This document shows positions 56,585-64,000 of a DNA stretch of 64,000 nucleotides, in pieces; position 1 is the stretch's first letter; each line of letters opens with the position of its first letter. The position numbers and the translations under genes were made by a program. The stretch covers positions 5,079-69,078 of IMG/VR virus record IMGVR_UViG_3300037418_001409; one strand, written 5' to 3'. Source of the DNA: a virus (taxonomy: Duplodnaviria; Caudoviricetes). The notes under the pieces were generated by a model, which was given only the letters and a program-made list of their open reading frames with translations, did not search any database and had not been told where the DNA came from.

Positions 56585-57966
56585 GCAAAACCTCTCTTTC
56601 GCTTGGGCGGCTCCGATTGCTGAGTAGGGAAAGTGCCGGCGCGATTCTCAAACCGAACCTGCTCGCCGATGTACGTCAATCCAACATCGCCAGTCGCGCC
56701 GTGGCGAAACTTCGCTATACGAATTTGTGCAAAGCCGTGCCATTCGGATCCGCACTCAGGATTCGAGATTTCCTCGCGATGCACGAAGAGAACCGCATCT
56801 GCGTCTTGCTCGATCGAACCGGAGTCGCGCAAGTCTGAGAGCTTTGGCAAGCGCGCTCCGCCTTCTTCGACCTTTCGATTGAGCTGGGACAGCACGAGGA
56901 TCGCAACGCCCATTTCCTTTGCCAACGCTTTCAGTCCGCGAGAGATCGTCTGGATGCGCACATTGGCGTTCTCACCATCGCCTTCCATGAGCTGCAAGTA
57001 GTCGAGCACTATCAGGTCAAGACCGGACTTTCGTTTGACGGCGCGCGCTTTGGTCCGCACGTCTAGCAAGCGAAGTCCACCTTGATCGTCGATGTACAGA
57101 TTCAAGTCCTTAATCTTCATCGTCGCCGCAGTGATGCGATCCCAGAATTCCTCGTTCTCGCGCCTTGCCTCTGGCGGCGGCGTCATGACTTCGGATAATG
57201 GGATGTGACCGAGCGACGCTAGGGAGCGATCTTGCAACTCCGACTCAGGCATTTCCATGGAAAGGAACAGGACGGCGTGATCTCGAGCGACGTTGTGGCT
57301 AACGTTCAGCGAAAGGGCTGTTTTACCCATCCCCGGACGACCAGCCAGAATCACAACCCAACCCGGCCGAAAGCCCCCGTTCAGACGTCGATCAAGATCG
57401 ATGTAGCCAGTAGGGATTCGACGCTCAGTTCCGTGCGAGCGCTTTTCGACCGTATCGATGTGCTCGGCAAGCCCATGAGCAATCAGCCTAGGCTCGCGCT
57501 TGACGATCTTTTCGGCCAGACCATCGATCTTCGTTGCAGCATGGTCGATCAACTGCTCAGCGGTATCGCGCGAAACGATGACGGAATCCTGGATTTCCGA
57601 AGCAACGGCCAGCAATCCGCGCTTTTGAAACCGATCGCGAACGATCCCGGCGTACCGAGCCATGTTTGCCGAGCTCGGTGTGTTCGACGCAAGTTCGTTC
57701 AGGTAGGCGAGACCGCCAACGTCCGCAGCCTTGTCCATGGCTTGCAGACGTTCGAACACAGTGAATACGTCAGCTCCGCCACCCTGCGCGATCAGGGCGA
57801 TGATCTCCGCGAAGATGGCGCGATGATCTCCGCGGTAAAAATGCTCAGCGCGTAGATCGCCCATGCGGTCGATAGCATCGTTGTCGAGCATCAATGCGCC
57901 GAGCACGTATTGTTCGGCCTCAACCGATTGCGGAGTAGCGCGAAGGTCATGGGGGGCGTTCATCAA
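56581..57966 (-). CDS. dnaB: Replicative DNA helicase
   Basis: AGRPGMGKT, LSMEM, VLDYLQLM, LSQLNR and LRDSGSIEQDAD. Confidence 0.95.
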   Translation of the reverse strand: MMNAPHDLRATPQSVEAEQYVLGALMLDNDAIDRMGDLRAEHFYRGDHRAIFAEIIALIAQGGGADVFTVFERLQAMDKAADVGGLAYLNELASNTPSSANMARYAGIVRDRFQKRGLLAVASEIQDSVIVSRDTAEQLIDHAATKIDGLAEKIVKREPRLIAHGLAEHIDTVEKRSHGTERRIPTGYIDLDRRLNGGFRPGWVVILAGRPGMGKTALSLNVSHNVARDHAVLFLSMEMPESELQDRSLASLGHIPLSEVMTPPPEARRENEEFWDRITAATMKIKDLNLYIDDQGGLRLLDVRTKARAVKRKSGLDLIVLDYLQLMEGDGENANVRIQTISRGLKALAKEMGVAILVLSQLNRKVEEGGARLPKLSDLRDSGSIEQDADAVLFVHREEISNPECGSEWHGFAQIRIAKFRHGATGDVGLTYIGEQVRFENRAGTFPTQQSEPPKRKRGFA

Positions 57967-58784
57967 CGATCCTTGTTTTCGTAATTGCCTTGCAAAACCT
58001 TGGCGAAGTTTTCAGCCTTGACTAGCCAGCCCAAATCGCAATTGGCCCACTTGCCGCTACGGCCGGTCAGGAAATCGCTCTTTGCTGCATACGCAAAAAA
58101 CTTCTCAAACCAGGCGACGGCACTCGCCTCATCCGTGGCGTAACGACAACCGTCTTCATTCTTGGCCGTCAGAACCCACCGCCATCTCGCACGCATAGCA
58201 TTCGCCCTTTGCCCTTCCCAAATCCGCGGGTAGGGCAGTTCAGGCAGATGCTTCGCGTACAGGTCAATCAATGCCTTATGCGGGCAATCAGGGATTTGCT
58301 CGGCAGAGGGCTGATCGGCATCGCCGATCGCATCTTCTCCGTTAGGAGAAGAAATATCGTCTCCGTCTCCGTCTCCGTCTCCGTCTCCGTCTCCGTCTCC
58401 GTCTAAGTGAGCGGTTGACTCGCATTGATGTGCAAGTGCTAAGCAACCGTTAGCAGTTGTTGGAGGGTTCGGATATTTGCTATGCTTCGATCGCACTTGT
58501 TGGCGAAAGTCGAGCATTTCCAAGCACTCCTTTCCATCAGCCGTATAGACCTTGACCAGCCCCGCTTTTTGACACTCTTCCAGCCACTTGAGAACATGTT
58601 CGTTCTTGACGACGTCAACTCGAAGCGGGTAACAGGACGAGCGAAGAAGCTTGGGATTCGCGGTGAAGCGGCCGAAATCATCCACGACAGACATAAGTCG
58701 GCGATAGAACAGTTCCCCTTCGGTGCTGAGCGCATCCACGCGCTCGCTCGTCAGGATTCCTTCACGGAGAATCCGTACTGGCAC
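57963..58784 (-). CDS. Phage replication initiator
   Basis: Upstream of dnaB; DDFGRF N-terminus and DLGWLVKAENFAKVLQGNY C-terminus. Confidence 0.75.
   Translation of the reverse strand: MPVRILREGILTSERVDALSTEGELFYRRLMSVVDDFGRFTANPKLLRSSCYPLRVDVVKNEHVLKWLEECQKAGLVKVYTADGKECLEMLDFRQQVRSKHSKYPNPPTTANGCLALAHQCESTAHLDGDGDGDGDGDGDGDDISSPNGEDAIGDADQPSAEQIPDCPHKALIDLYAKHLPELPYPRIWEGQRANAMRARWRWVLTAKNEDGCRYATDEASAVAWFEKFFAYAAKSDFLTGRSGKWANCDLGWLVKAENFAKVLQGNYENKDR
58359..58404 (+). repeat. Hexamer tandem repeat (GTCTCC) x7 plus a partial copy, encoding a Gly-Asp tract
   Basis: Read directly from the sequence. Confidence 0.95.
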
Positions 58785-58933
58785 TTACTTGCTCCGAATT
58801 GTTCGAATCAACGATTGGCAGAGCATGTGCGCCTGCTGGCGCTTCGCCTGCTTCGACTTGAGTTTCGCGATGTTCCGGGCCATGTCGATCTGCTTCTGCT
58901 GTTCGACGGTTTTGGTATTGCACAGGTCGCGCT

Positions 58934-59119
58934 TCATGCTCTTTCCTCGCTATCGATATAGCGCTTCAACTCCCGACGCTGGATCTGTGCCGAAGCCTCA
59001 CCGAACGCATCACGCACGCGGTCGACGAGACCCCGGCAGAGCGAGAAATCGCCGCGGCGAGCAGCGCTTACTGCGCGCTTGAAACAGGTGAAGCAGTCGG
59101 AGGGGGTGAGGGTGCTCAT
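58934..59119 (-). CDS. Small hypothetical protein
   Basis: CFTC motif; coupled to the methylase. Confidence 0.5.
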   Translation of the reverse strand: MSTLTPSDCFTCFKRAVSAARRGDFSLCRGLVDRVRDAFGEASAQIQRRELKRYIDSEERA

Positions 59120-59997
59120 GCGACCTCGGCGAACAAGTCAACCTGATCGAGCAAAGCGCTCCTGCAGTTCTCCACCGCCAGCTTGAAGTAGGACGGCTTG
59201 AGCTCGGATCCCACACCACGACGCCCCATCTTGAGTGCCGTGTAGACCTCGCTCCCGATGCCGAGAAACGGGGTGTAGACCAGATCATTCGGGTTCGTCC
59301 AGAGATCGATCGCGCGTTCGATTACCTCAAGCTGTAGGGGCGATATGTGGCGCTCGTCGTCGTTTTCACGCGCACTCATGTACTGCAGTGTCTTCGACTG
59401 GTTGATATCCATCCAGACCGGCGAGGCATAGCGCTGCCACAAATCAACCGGAAGGCTTTCATGCGTGTGCGTGACGGGATCCGGGTTTTCTCCCGGCTTG
59501 CGCATGATGACCAGATAGTCGGCGATGCCCTGACGGCTCATGGCGCTGTCCTTGCGGAGTTGCTTGTAGAGCAGGCCGAGCGCCTTCGTGCGCTGCATTG
59601 CGACTACCGGGTCTTTCCAGATGCACACTTCCGAGTGATAGATGAAGCCAGCGTCCTGATGGGCGCGGATGATTTCGCCGCGGAAGTCTTTCAAGCCGAT
59701 ATAGCCATCCCGGGCCTTGGACGTCGGGAGGTTCATGCAATGAATCGCGACCAAGCGGCCTGGCTTCATGATGCGGATATGCTCCGCGATCAGGAATCTA
59801 TAGTGGGTCCAAAAATCGGCGCTCGACGCATTGTTCCCCATGTCGCGCTCGGAATTGCTGAATACGAACAGCGATTCGAATGGCGGGCTGTAGACCGAGA
59901 AATCGATAGACGAGTCCGGCAGCGAGCGGGCAACGTCGACGCAATCGGCGTTGTAAAGCGAAAATCGGTCGTGAATTTCTTGATTGAGCACGTTCAT
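59116..59997 (-). CDS. DNA N4-C/N6-A methyltransferase (beta class)
   Basis: YSPPF catalytic motif upstream of PFLGIGS (SAM-binding). Confidence 0.88.
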   Translation of the reverse strand: MNVLNQEIHDRFSLYNADCVDVARSLPDSSIDFSVYSPPFESLFVFSNSERDMGNNASSADFWTHYRFLIAEHIRIMKPGRLVAIHCMNLPTSKARDGYIGLKDFRGEIIRAHQDAGFIYHSEVCIWKDPVVAMQRTKALGLLYKQLRKDSAMSRQGIADYLVIMRKPGENPDPVTHTHESLPVDLWQRYASPVWMDINQSKTLQYMSARENDDERHISPLQLEVIERAIDLWTNPNDLVYTPFLGIGSEVYTALKMGRRGVGSELKPSYFKLAVENCRSALLDQVDLFAEVA

Positions 59998-61385
59998 TAG
60001 GCACGCTCCACGTTCTGCGCGATCCATCCTGGAATCACCAAAGGAAGTTGAGGGCGATATGCCTCGGTTCCCCTTTTGGCGCCTTCGATTTGCTTCTTGG
60101 TCAGATCGCGCATGTAGGCGACCATTTCACTAGCCATGGCGTCGCTTTGCTCCTGCTTGCGGGCGATGTTGTCTTTCACTGCACCCTCGGTATCGGCGGT
60201 GATGATGTGTACGGTTACGGCGTTCTTCTGCCCGAACCGATAGCAGCGCCGGACGGCTTGATAGAACTGCTCATATGAATCATTCATGCCGGCGAAGATC
60301 TGCGTGTCGCAGAACTGCCAGTTCATGCCAGCGCCGCAGATAGATGCCTTGCTGACCAGCGCGCGCTTTTCTCCATGCGTGAAGGCCATGATGTTTCGAG
60401 TCTTGTCTTCGACAGACATTGATCCGGTCACTTCCACCGCGCCGTCGATCAGCTTTGCGAGACGTTCCGATTCTTCGTTCAGATGACACCAAACGATGAC
60501 GGGGCCGGAGTGCTCATTGGCAAGACGAGCCGCCAGTTCGATCCGGGAATCGATGCTGGCCTTCTTCGCTTGCCGACGTTCGCTCAGGCTTTGAGCCACG
60601 ACCGGGAACAAGTGACCTTCAAGCAATTCGCCGCTTTCGATGACGTGCTCGACCAAACGAAGAGGAGGCAACACATAGCCAGCACCGTCGAATCCGAGGT
60701 CCGCAGAACTACGAATGCAAATGGCCCACGTCGCCATCCATTCCCAAAACTTGACCTTCCCGTGCCCCTTCAAGCGCCATTTGCCTGTGTCGCCCCCGTC
60801 ATGCGTAAAGAACGTCGAGAGCATTTCCACCGCAGTCATAACGCCAAGGAACTCAGCCTGATTGCCCAGTTCCATCCAATCGTTGGGGCTCGGCGTCGCG
60901 GTGCAGGACAGCTTGTACGGCGTACGGCGAAACGCATCGGTAATGAACTGGCGCGTCTTGCTCGTGTGAGATTTGAGGATCGAGCTTTCATCGAGCACGA
61001 CGCCGACGAACGAATCGAGCTCAAAGTGATCGAGCATTTCATAGTTCGTGATCGTGATTCCGGGCTCAACTTCGCTGTCTTGGCGGCAATACTTGATCTC
61101 GATGCCGAACTTCGCCGCTTCTTCGACGGTCTGCTGAGCCACGCACAATGGCGCGACGATGATGACGTCACCGCCCGTGTGCTCGCATACCTTCTGAGCC
61201 CACACGGCCTGCTGTAGAGTCTTGCCGAGGCCCGTATCTTCGAACAAGGCGGCGCGACCGCGTTTCAGAGCCCATTTCACGCAGGCGGCCTGGAAATCGA
61301 ACAACGGGCCGACCGGAATATCGCAGTCGAAGCCAGTCGGCACGTCAGCAAAGCCCTTGCTGGCGATGAACGACTCATAATCCAT
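59997..61385 (-). CDS. SNF2-like/DEAD-box helicase
   Basis: DTGLGKT, LDESS, SCTATP and QAVRRCYRFGQ; start at MDYESF. Confidence 0.88.
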   Translation of the reverse strand: MDYESFIASKGFADVPTGFDCDIPVGPLFDFQAACVKWALKRGRAALFEDTGLGKTLQQAVWAQKVCEHTGGDVIIVAPLCVAQQTVEEAAKFGIEIKYCRQDSEVEPGITITNYEMLDHFELDSFVGVVLDESSILKSHTSKTRQFITDAFRRTPYKLSCTATPSPNDWMELGNQAEFLGVMTAVEMLSTFFTHDGGDTGKWRLKGHGKVKFWEWMATWAICIRSSADLGFDGAGYVLPPLRLVEHVIESGELLEGHLFPVVAQSLSERRQAKKASIDSRIELAARLANEHSGPVIVWCHLNEESERLAKLIDGAVEVTGSMSVEDKTRNIMAFTHGEKRALVSKASICGAGMNWQFCDTQIFAGMNDSYEQFYQAVRRCYRFGQKNAVTVHIITADTEGAVKDNIARKQEQSDAMASEMVAYMRDLTKKQIEGAKRGTEAYRPQLPLVIPGWIAQNVERA

Positions 61386-61572
61386 GTACGGAACGGCGCT
61401 CACCCTCACTCTCCTCGTCGCAACATAGCGATAGCAGCCATAAAAGCAGCGCGCGCGGGGCCGCATCCTTCGACGCACCGCCAGAAACGGTAGCGGTTCA
61501 GGAACGTCGGGCGGGACAACGCCTGACCGCAGATCGCGAGTTTTTCGAGAGTGGTTATGGTCATGCTTCGCC

Positions 61573-61758
61573 TCAGTGAGAAGTCGAATGTTTGCCACTT
61601 ACAACCATCTGGCCGACGATCAGAAATGCCTCCATTAGTCGTCGATCCGTGACGCAACGTCGATTCAGTTCGGCCATGACTGCCGCCAGTTCGTCGCATT
61701 GCGTTCCTGTCTCCTGCGTAGCCTCGCGTGCTATCGCGAGCGCCTCTTGTTCGGTCAT
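61573..61758 (-). CDS. Small hypothetical protein
   Basis: Coupled to the upstream regulator gene. Confidence 0.45.
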   Translation of the reverse strand: MTEQEALAIAREATQETGTQCDELAAVMAELNRRCVTDRRLMEAFLIVGQMVVSGKHSTSH

Positions 61759-62129
61759 GCAGCCTTCTTTGCGCGTTGCGCGAGCATTTCCTCCATCAAG
61801 GTCAATTGCGCCTGACGGATGAGGTATTGAGTGATCGCTCTGTTTCCAAGCGCGCTCTCGACATCGCAGATCTTTTCCGCAGGGAGAGAGCGTCGGCGCT
61901 GGCCCTTCGGGTTGCTTTCCGCTCGAGCGAAGTAGTCCGACAAATGCTGAGGGAGAAGACAGCAGAGTTCGGCAAGCCGATCGCGCGTCATGCCTTTACT
62001 GCGCCGTTCGTCCCATGCGAGACACACCGCATCGCGATACGTCTTGCATGAAGCGATCTTGTCGTCCGAGAGAAAGACCGGACCGTTGAGCATGCCGCCC
62101 ATCAAAGGAAGTTCATCGCTGTTGTTCAT
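61755..62129 (-). CDS. CII-like HTH transcriptional regulator
   Basis: MTRDRLAELCCLLPQHLSDYF; position after cro. Confidence 0.6.
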   Translation of the reverse strand: MNNSDELPLMGGMLNGPVFLSDDKIASCKTYRDAVCLAWDERRSKGMTRDRLAELCCLLPQHLSDYFARAESNPKGQRRRSLPAEKICDVESALGNRAITQYLIRQAQLTLMEEMLAQRAKKAA

Positions 62130-62287
62130 TGCTTATTTGAAAAATCCAATCGTTTAACCTGTTCCCTAACCGGTTAAGAAAGGGGCCAAATAAAGGCGTC
62201 CACAGGACGCCGATACAACAACCAACAAGAACCGATATGCCCACCTACCTCTTTGACCGTATTCCTGATCTAACTGGTGTAGACGCG

Positions 62288-62530
62288 CTAGACCGAACCA
62301 TGTCCCTTGTCTGTGAGTTCGGGCCAAACGTCCGCCCAGTCCTCCCTCAAATCCTGACGCCGCACCTCGCCGTTCGATTCTTGTTCGATGCGCACGCAAA
62401 GCTCGCAACGGAACTTCTGCCCAGTGCTGCGGGCCTTTCGCATGTAACCCTCGGAGGTGCCGCAGCGAGACGCGAAGTCTGTGCGCTGGGCCTTATCGAG
62501 GCTGTTGAGGAAGGTGATAAGCTTGTCCAT
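62288..62530 (-). CDS. cro: Cro/YdaS-like repressor
   Basis: FASRCGTSEGYM..IEQESNGEVRRQDLREDW..WPEL; divergent from cI. Confidence 0.8.
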   Translation of the reverse strand: MDKLITFLNSLDKAQRTDFASRCGTSEGYMRKARSTGQKFRCELCVRIEQESNGEVRRQDLREDWADVWPELTDKGHGSV

Positions 62531-62539
62531 GGCCTCCAT

Positions 62540-62594
62540 ATTACTAGATGGTAATCGCATGTCAACACCTTTTGGTGATTTACCTTTAGGTAAT
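62540..62594. promoter_or_regulatory. oR operators and pR
   Basis: Three 16-bp palindromes: ATTACTAGATGGTAAT, AACACCTTTTGGTGAT, TTTACCTTTAGGTAAT. TTGACA -35 on the minus strand at 62560-62565. Confidence 0.75.
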
Positions 62595-62608
62595 GGACAA
62601 TGACGCGC

Positions 62609-63424
62609 ATGGCTACCATCAAAGAGATACGGAAACAGGAGGCCGACCGGCGACGCGCTCGTCTGTCCGAGTTGATCCGGCTCCATTTCGAGGACAGGCA
62701 GAAAGCCTTCATAGATCGAACTGGTATCAACCAAGGCGAGCTTTCCGGACTGCTCAAAGACAAATCGTTCGGGGGACTAAAGGCGAGGGCGCTGGAAAGC
62801 GCAGCGGGACTTCTGCCAGGAAGTCTTGATGCCGCAGAGGGAGCGCCTTTTTATGCGGCCTCCTACCACAACCATGTTTCCATTGATACGTCGAATACGC
62901 GGGGTGCCAAACGTTTAACTGAGGAGCGAAAAGTCGTACGCACGGGTAATCTTTTCCCTACAGAAGATCTACCTCAACCCTCAGAAGAAGAGTTCGCACT
63001 CGTGCCCCAACTCGATATCGCGGCGGCCTGCGGCAATGGTCGATTCGAGGATCATGTAGTCGTGAAGGGTGGCCTGGCATTCAAGAAATCGTTTTTGAAA
63101 GAGTATGGCGTCCCCGAGCACGCTGCACGCATCATTTATGCGTCAGGCGGAAGCATGTCTCCTCGCATTCAGGATGGCCGCGTTGTGCTGATCAATACGG
63201 CCGAGCGCAACCCCATCGATGGACGAATTTTTGCTGCGTGCTTGCCAGACGGCGGACTCATCCTGAAGCGTCTTGTACGCGATTACCATCCGATGGTTGG
63301 CGAGACGGTCTGGATTCTTCGTAGCGACAACCCTGATAAGGTGATGTTCCCGGACAAGATACTCCCGCCCGACGATAGAACGGTGATCGTTGGACGCGCC
63401 GTCTGGACGGACAGCATCCTCTAG
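62609..63424 (+). CDS. cI: CI-like repressor with an S24 autocleavage domain
   Basis: N-terminal HTH; AACG, GGSMSPRIQDG (Ser) and ILKRL (Lys). Confidence 0.9.
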   Translation: MATIKEIRKQEADRRRARLSELIRLHFEDRQKAFIDRTGINQGELSGLLKDKSFGGLKARALESAAGLLPGSLDAAEGAPFYAASYHNHVSIDTSNTRGAKRLTEERKVVRTGNLFPTEDLPQPSEEEFALVPQLDIAAACGNGRFEDHVVVKGGLAFKKSFLKEYGVPEHAARIIYASGGSMSPRIQDGRVVLINTAERNPIDGRIFAACLPDGGLILKRLVRDYHPMVGETVWILRSDNPDKVMFPDKILPPDDRTVIVGRAVWTDSIL

Positions 63425-63453
63425 CCTCGTCGACGCCGCGCACCAGCCTGACG

Positions 63454-63480
63454 AAGCCCGCCTAATGCGGGTTTTTCTTT
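63454..63480 (+). terminator. Terminator after cI
   Basis: GCCCGC-CTAAT-GCGGGT stem followed by a T-rich tail. Confidence 0.7.
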
Positions 63481-63490
63481 ACACAAAAAA

Positions 63491-63533
63491 ATTACCAAAC
63501 GGTATTGACATACGCATTACCATTGAGTAATCT
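63491..63533 (+). promoter_or_regulatory. oL operators and pL
   Basis: ATTACCAAACGGTATT and ATTACCATTGAGTAAT match the oR consensus; TTGACA-N17-TAATCT. Confidence 0.8.
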
Positions 63534-63539
63534 ACCTCC

Positions 63540-63764
63540 ATGGCAGCACCGAACAACGCAACGAAGGAGATGACGGTGGAACGCGCACTGTATCAAGTGG
63601 AAACGGAAACTAAAGGCGAACGAGACCATTTCACCGTTTTGGCGGCCAATCGCGATGAAGCACGAAGCGAGGCAGAGCGCGCGTTGTATTGCGTCACTTC
63701 TGAGCGCTACAGCGGTGCGGCGACGATCGTAAGCGTCGATCTCGCTGGTGCTCTTTCCGCCTAA
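63540..63764 (+). CDS. First pL-operon hypothetical protein
   Basis: Directly downstream of pL; alternative GTG start after an AAGGAG RBS. Confidence 0.55.
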   Translation: MAAPNNATKEMTVERALYQVETETKGERDHFTVLAANRDEARSEAERALYCVTSERYSGAATIVSVDLAGALSA

Positions 63765-64000
63765 CCACCACGACGGGCAGTCCCGGCTTACTTGATGGGG
63801 ATGATGATGGACGATTTCGGAACGTATCTTCCGCTCGCGCTTGAAGAATTGGCGGCTACTTTCGAGCCGATTCCGATGCTGGCTAACTACGATCGCATTA
63901 TCGCGATGTATCGCGCGCATACCCGCTTCATGTGCGACGGCGCTGACTAACCACCGCGCCGCTACAGGAGAAGACGATGCCGCGCGTTCGAATCACGCCG

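Larger units (their letters stand above)
1..64000. mobile_element. Temperate contractile-tailed phage genome, near complete, in attP (excised) configuration
   Basis: Continuous phage gene order: recombination, integrase, attP, lysis, tail, head, terminase, Q, nin, replication, cro/cI. No host housekeeping genes are seen. Confidence 0.95.

Noticed and set aside
3641-63960. TAACC(A/T)CC motif after several early-operon stop codons (about 3642, 63762, 63948)
   Set aside because: Too short, and too few copies, to distinguish from chance.
15400-64000. Additional distal VR in the tail fibre or tailspike genes
   Set aside because: I saw no copy of the invariant GCGCGCCCGGGCCGTCCGCAGA or GGCTGGGCTTGG segments by eye. 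A BLASTN search is needed to exclude one formally.

Overview
The window is almost entirely a temperate phage genome with a contractile (myovirus-like) tail and lambdoid regulation. The host is probably Burkholderiaceae, inferred from GC content, gene families and the tRNA-His att core. It is in the excised (attP) configuration: the integrase and a 5'-truncated tRNA-His att core lie internally at about 14.1 kb, with phage genes on both sides. The + strand (1-14 kb and 63.5-64 kb) carries the early operon: ERF and YqaJ recombinases, an RNA ligase, a complete diversity-generating retroelement (DGR), mosaic accessory genes, an excisionase-like gene and the integrase. The - strand (62.5 kb down to 16 kb) carries cro, replication genes (SNF2 helicase, methylase, initiator, DnaB), nin genes, Q, a tRNA/structured-RNA cluster, terminase, head, tail, tailspike and lysis genes. 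cI is at 62.6-63.4 kb. The main result is the DGR. One 90-nt template repeat (5104-5193) lies inside the reverse transcriptase reading frame. It matches two variable repeats (3979-4068 and 4462-4551), each with 14 mismatches, all at template adenines. The targets are two small tandem C-type-lectin-like (DUF1566-like) early proteins with no signal peptide, not tail fibres. Other notable items are signal peptides on two tail-module proteins, a lipase in the lysis cassette, one beta-rich domain inserted into three structural proteins, a NUDIX-protease head fusion, tRNA-like RNAs and two promoter/small-ORF/XRE cassettes. All family assignments come from motif recognition by eye; no database searches were run.
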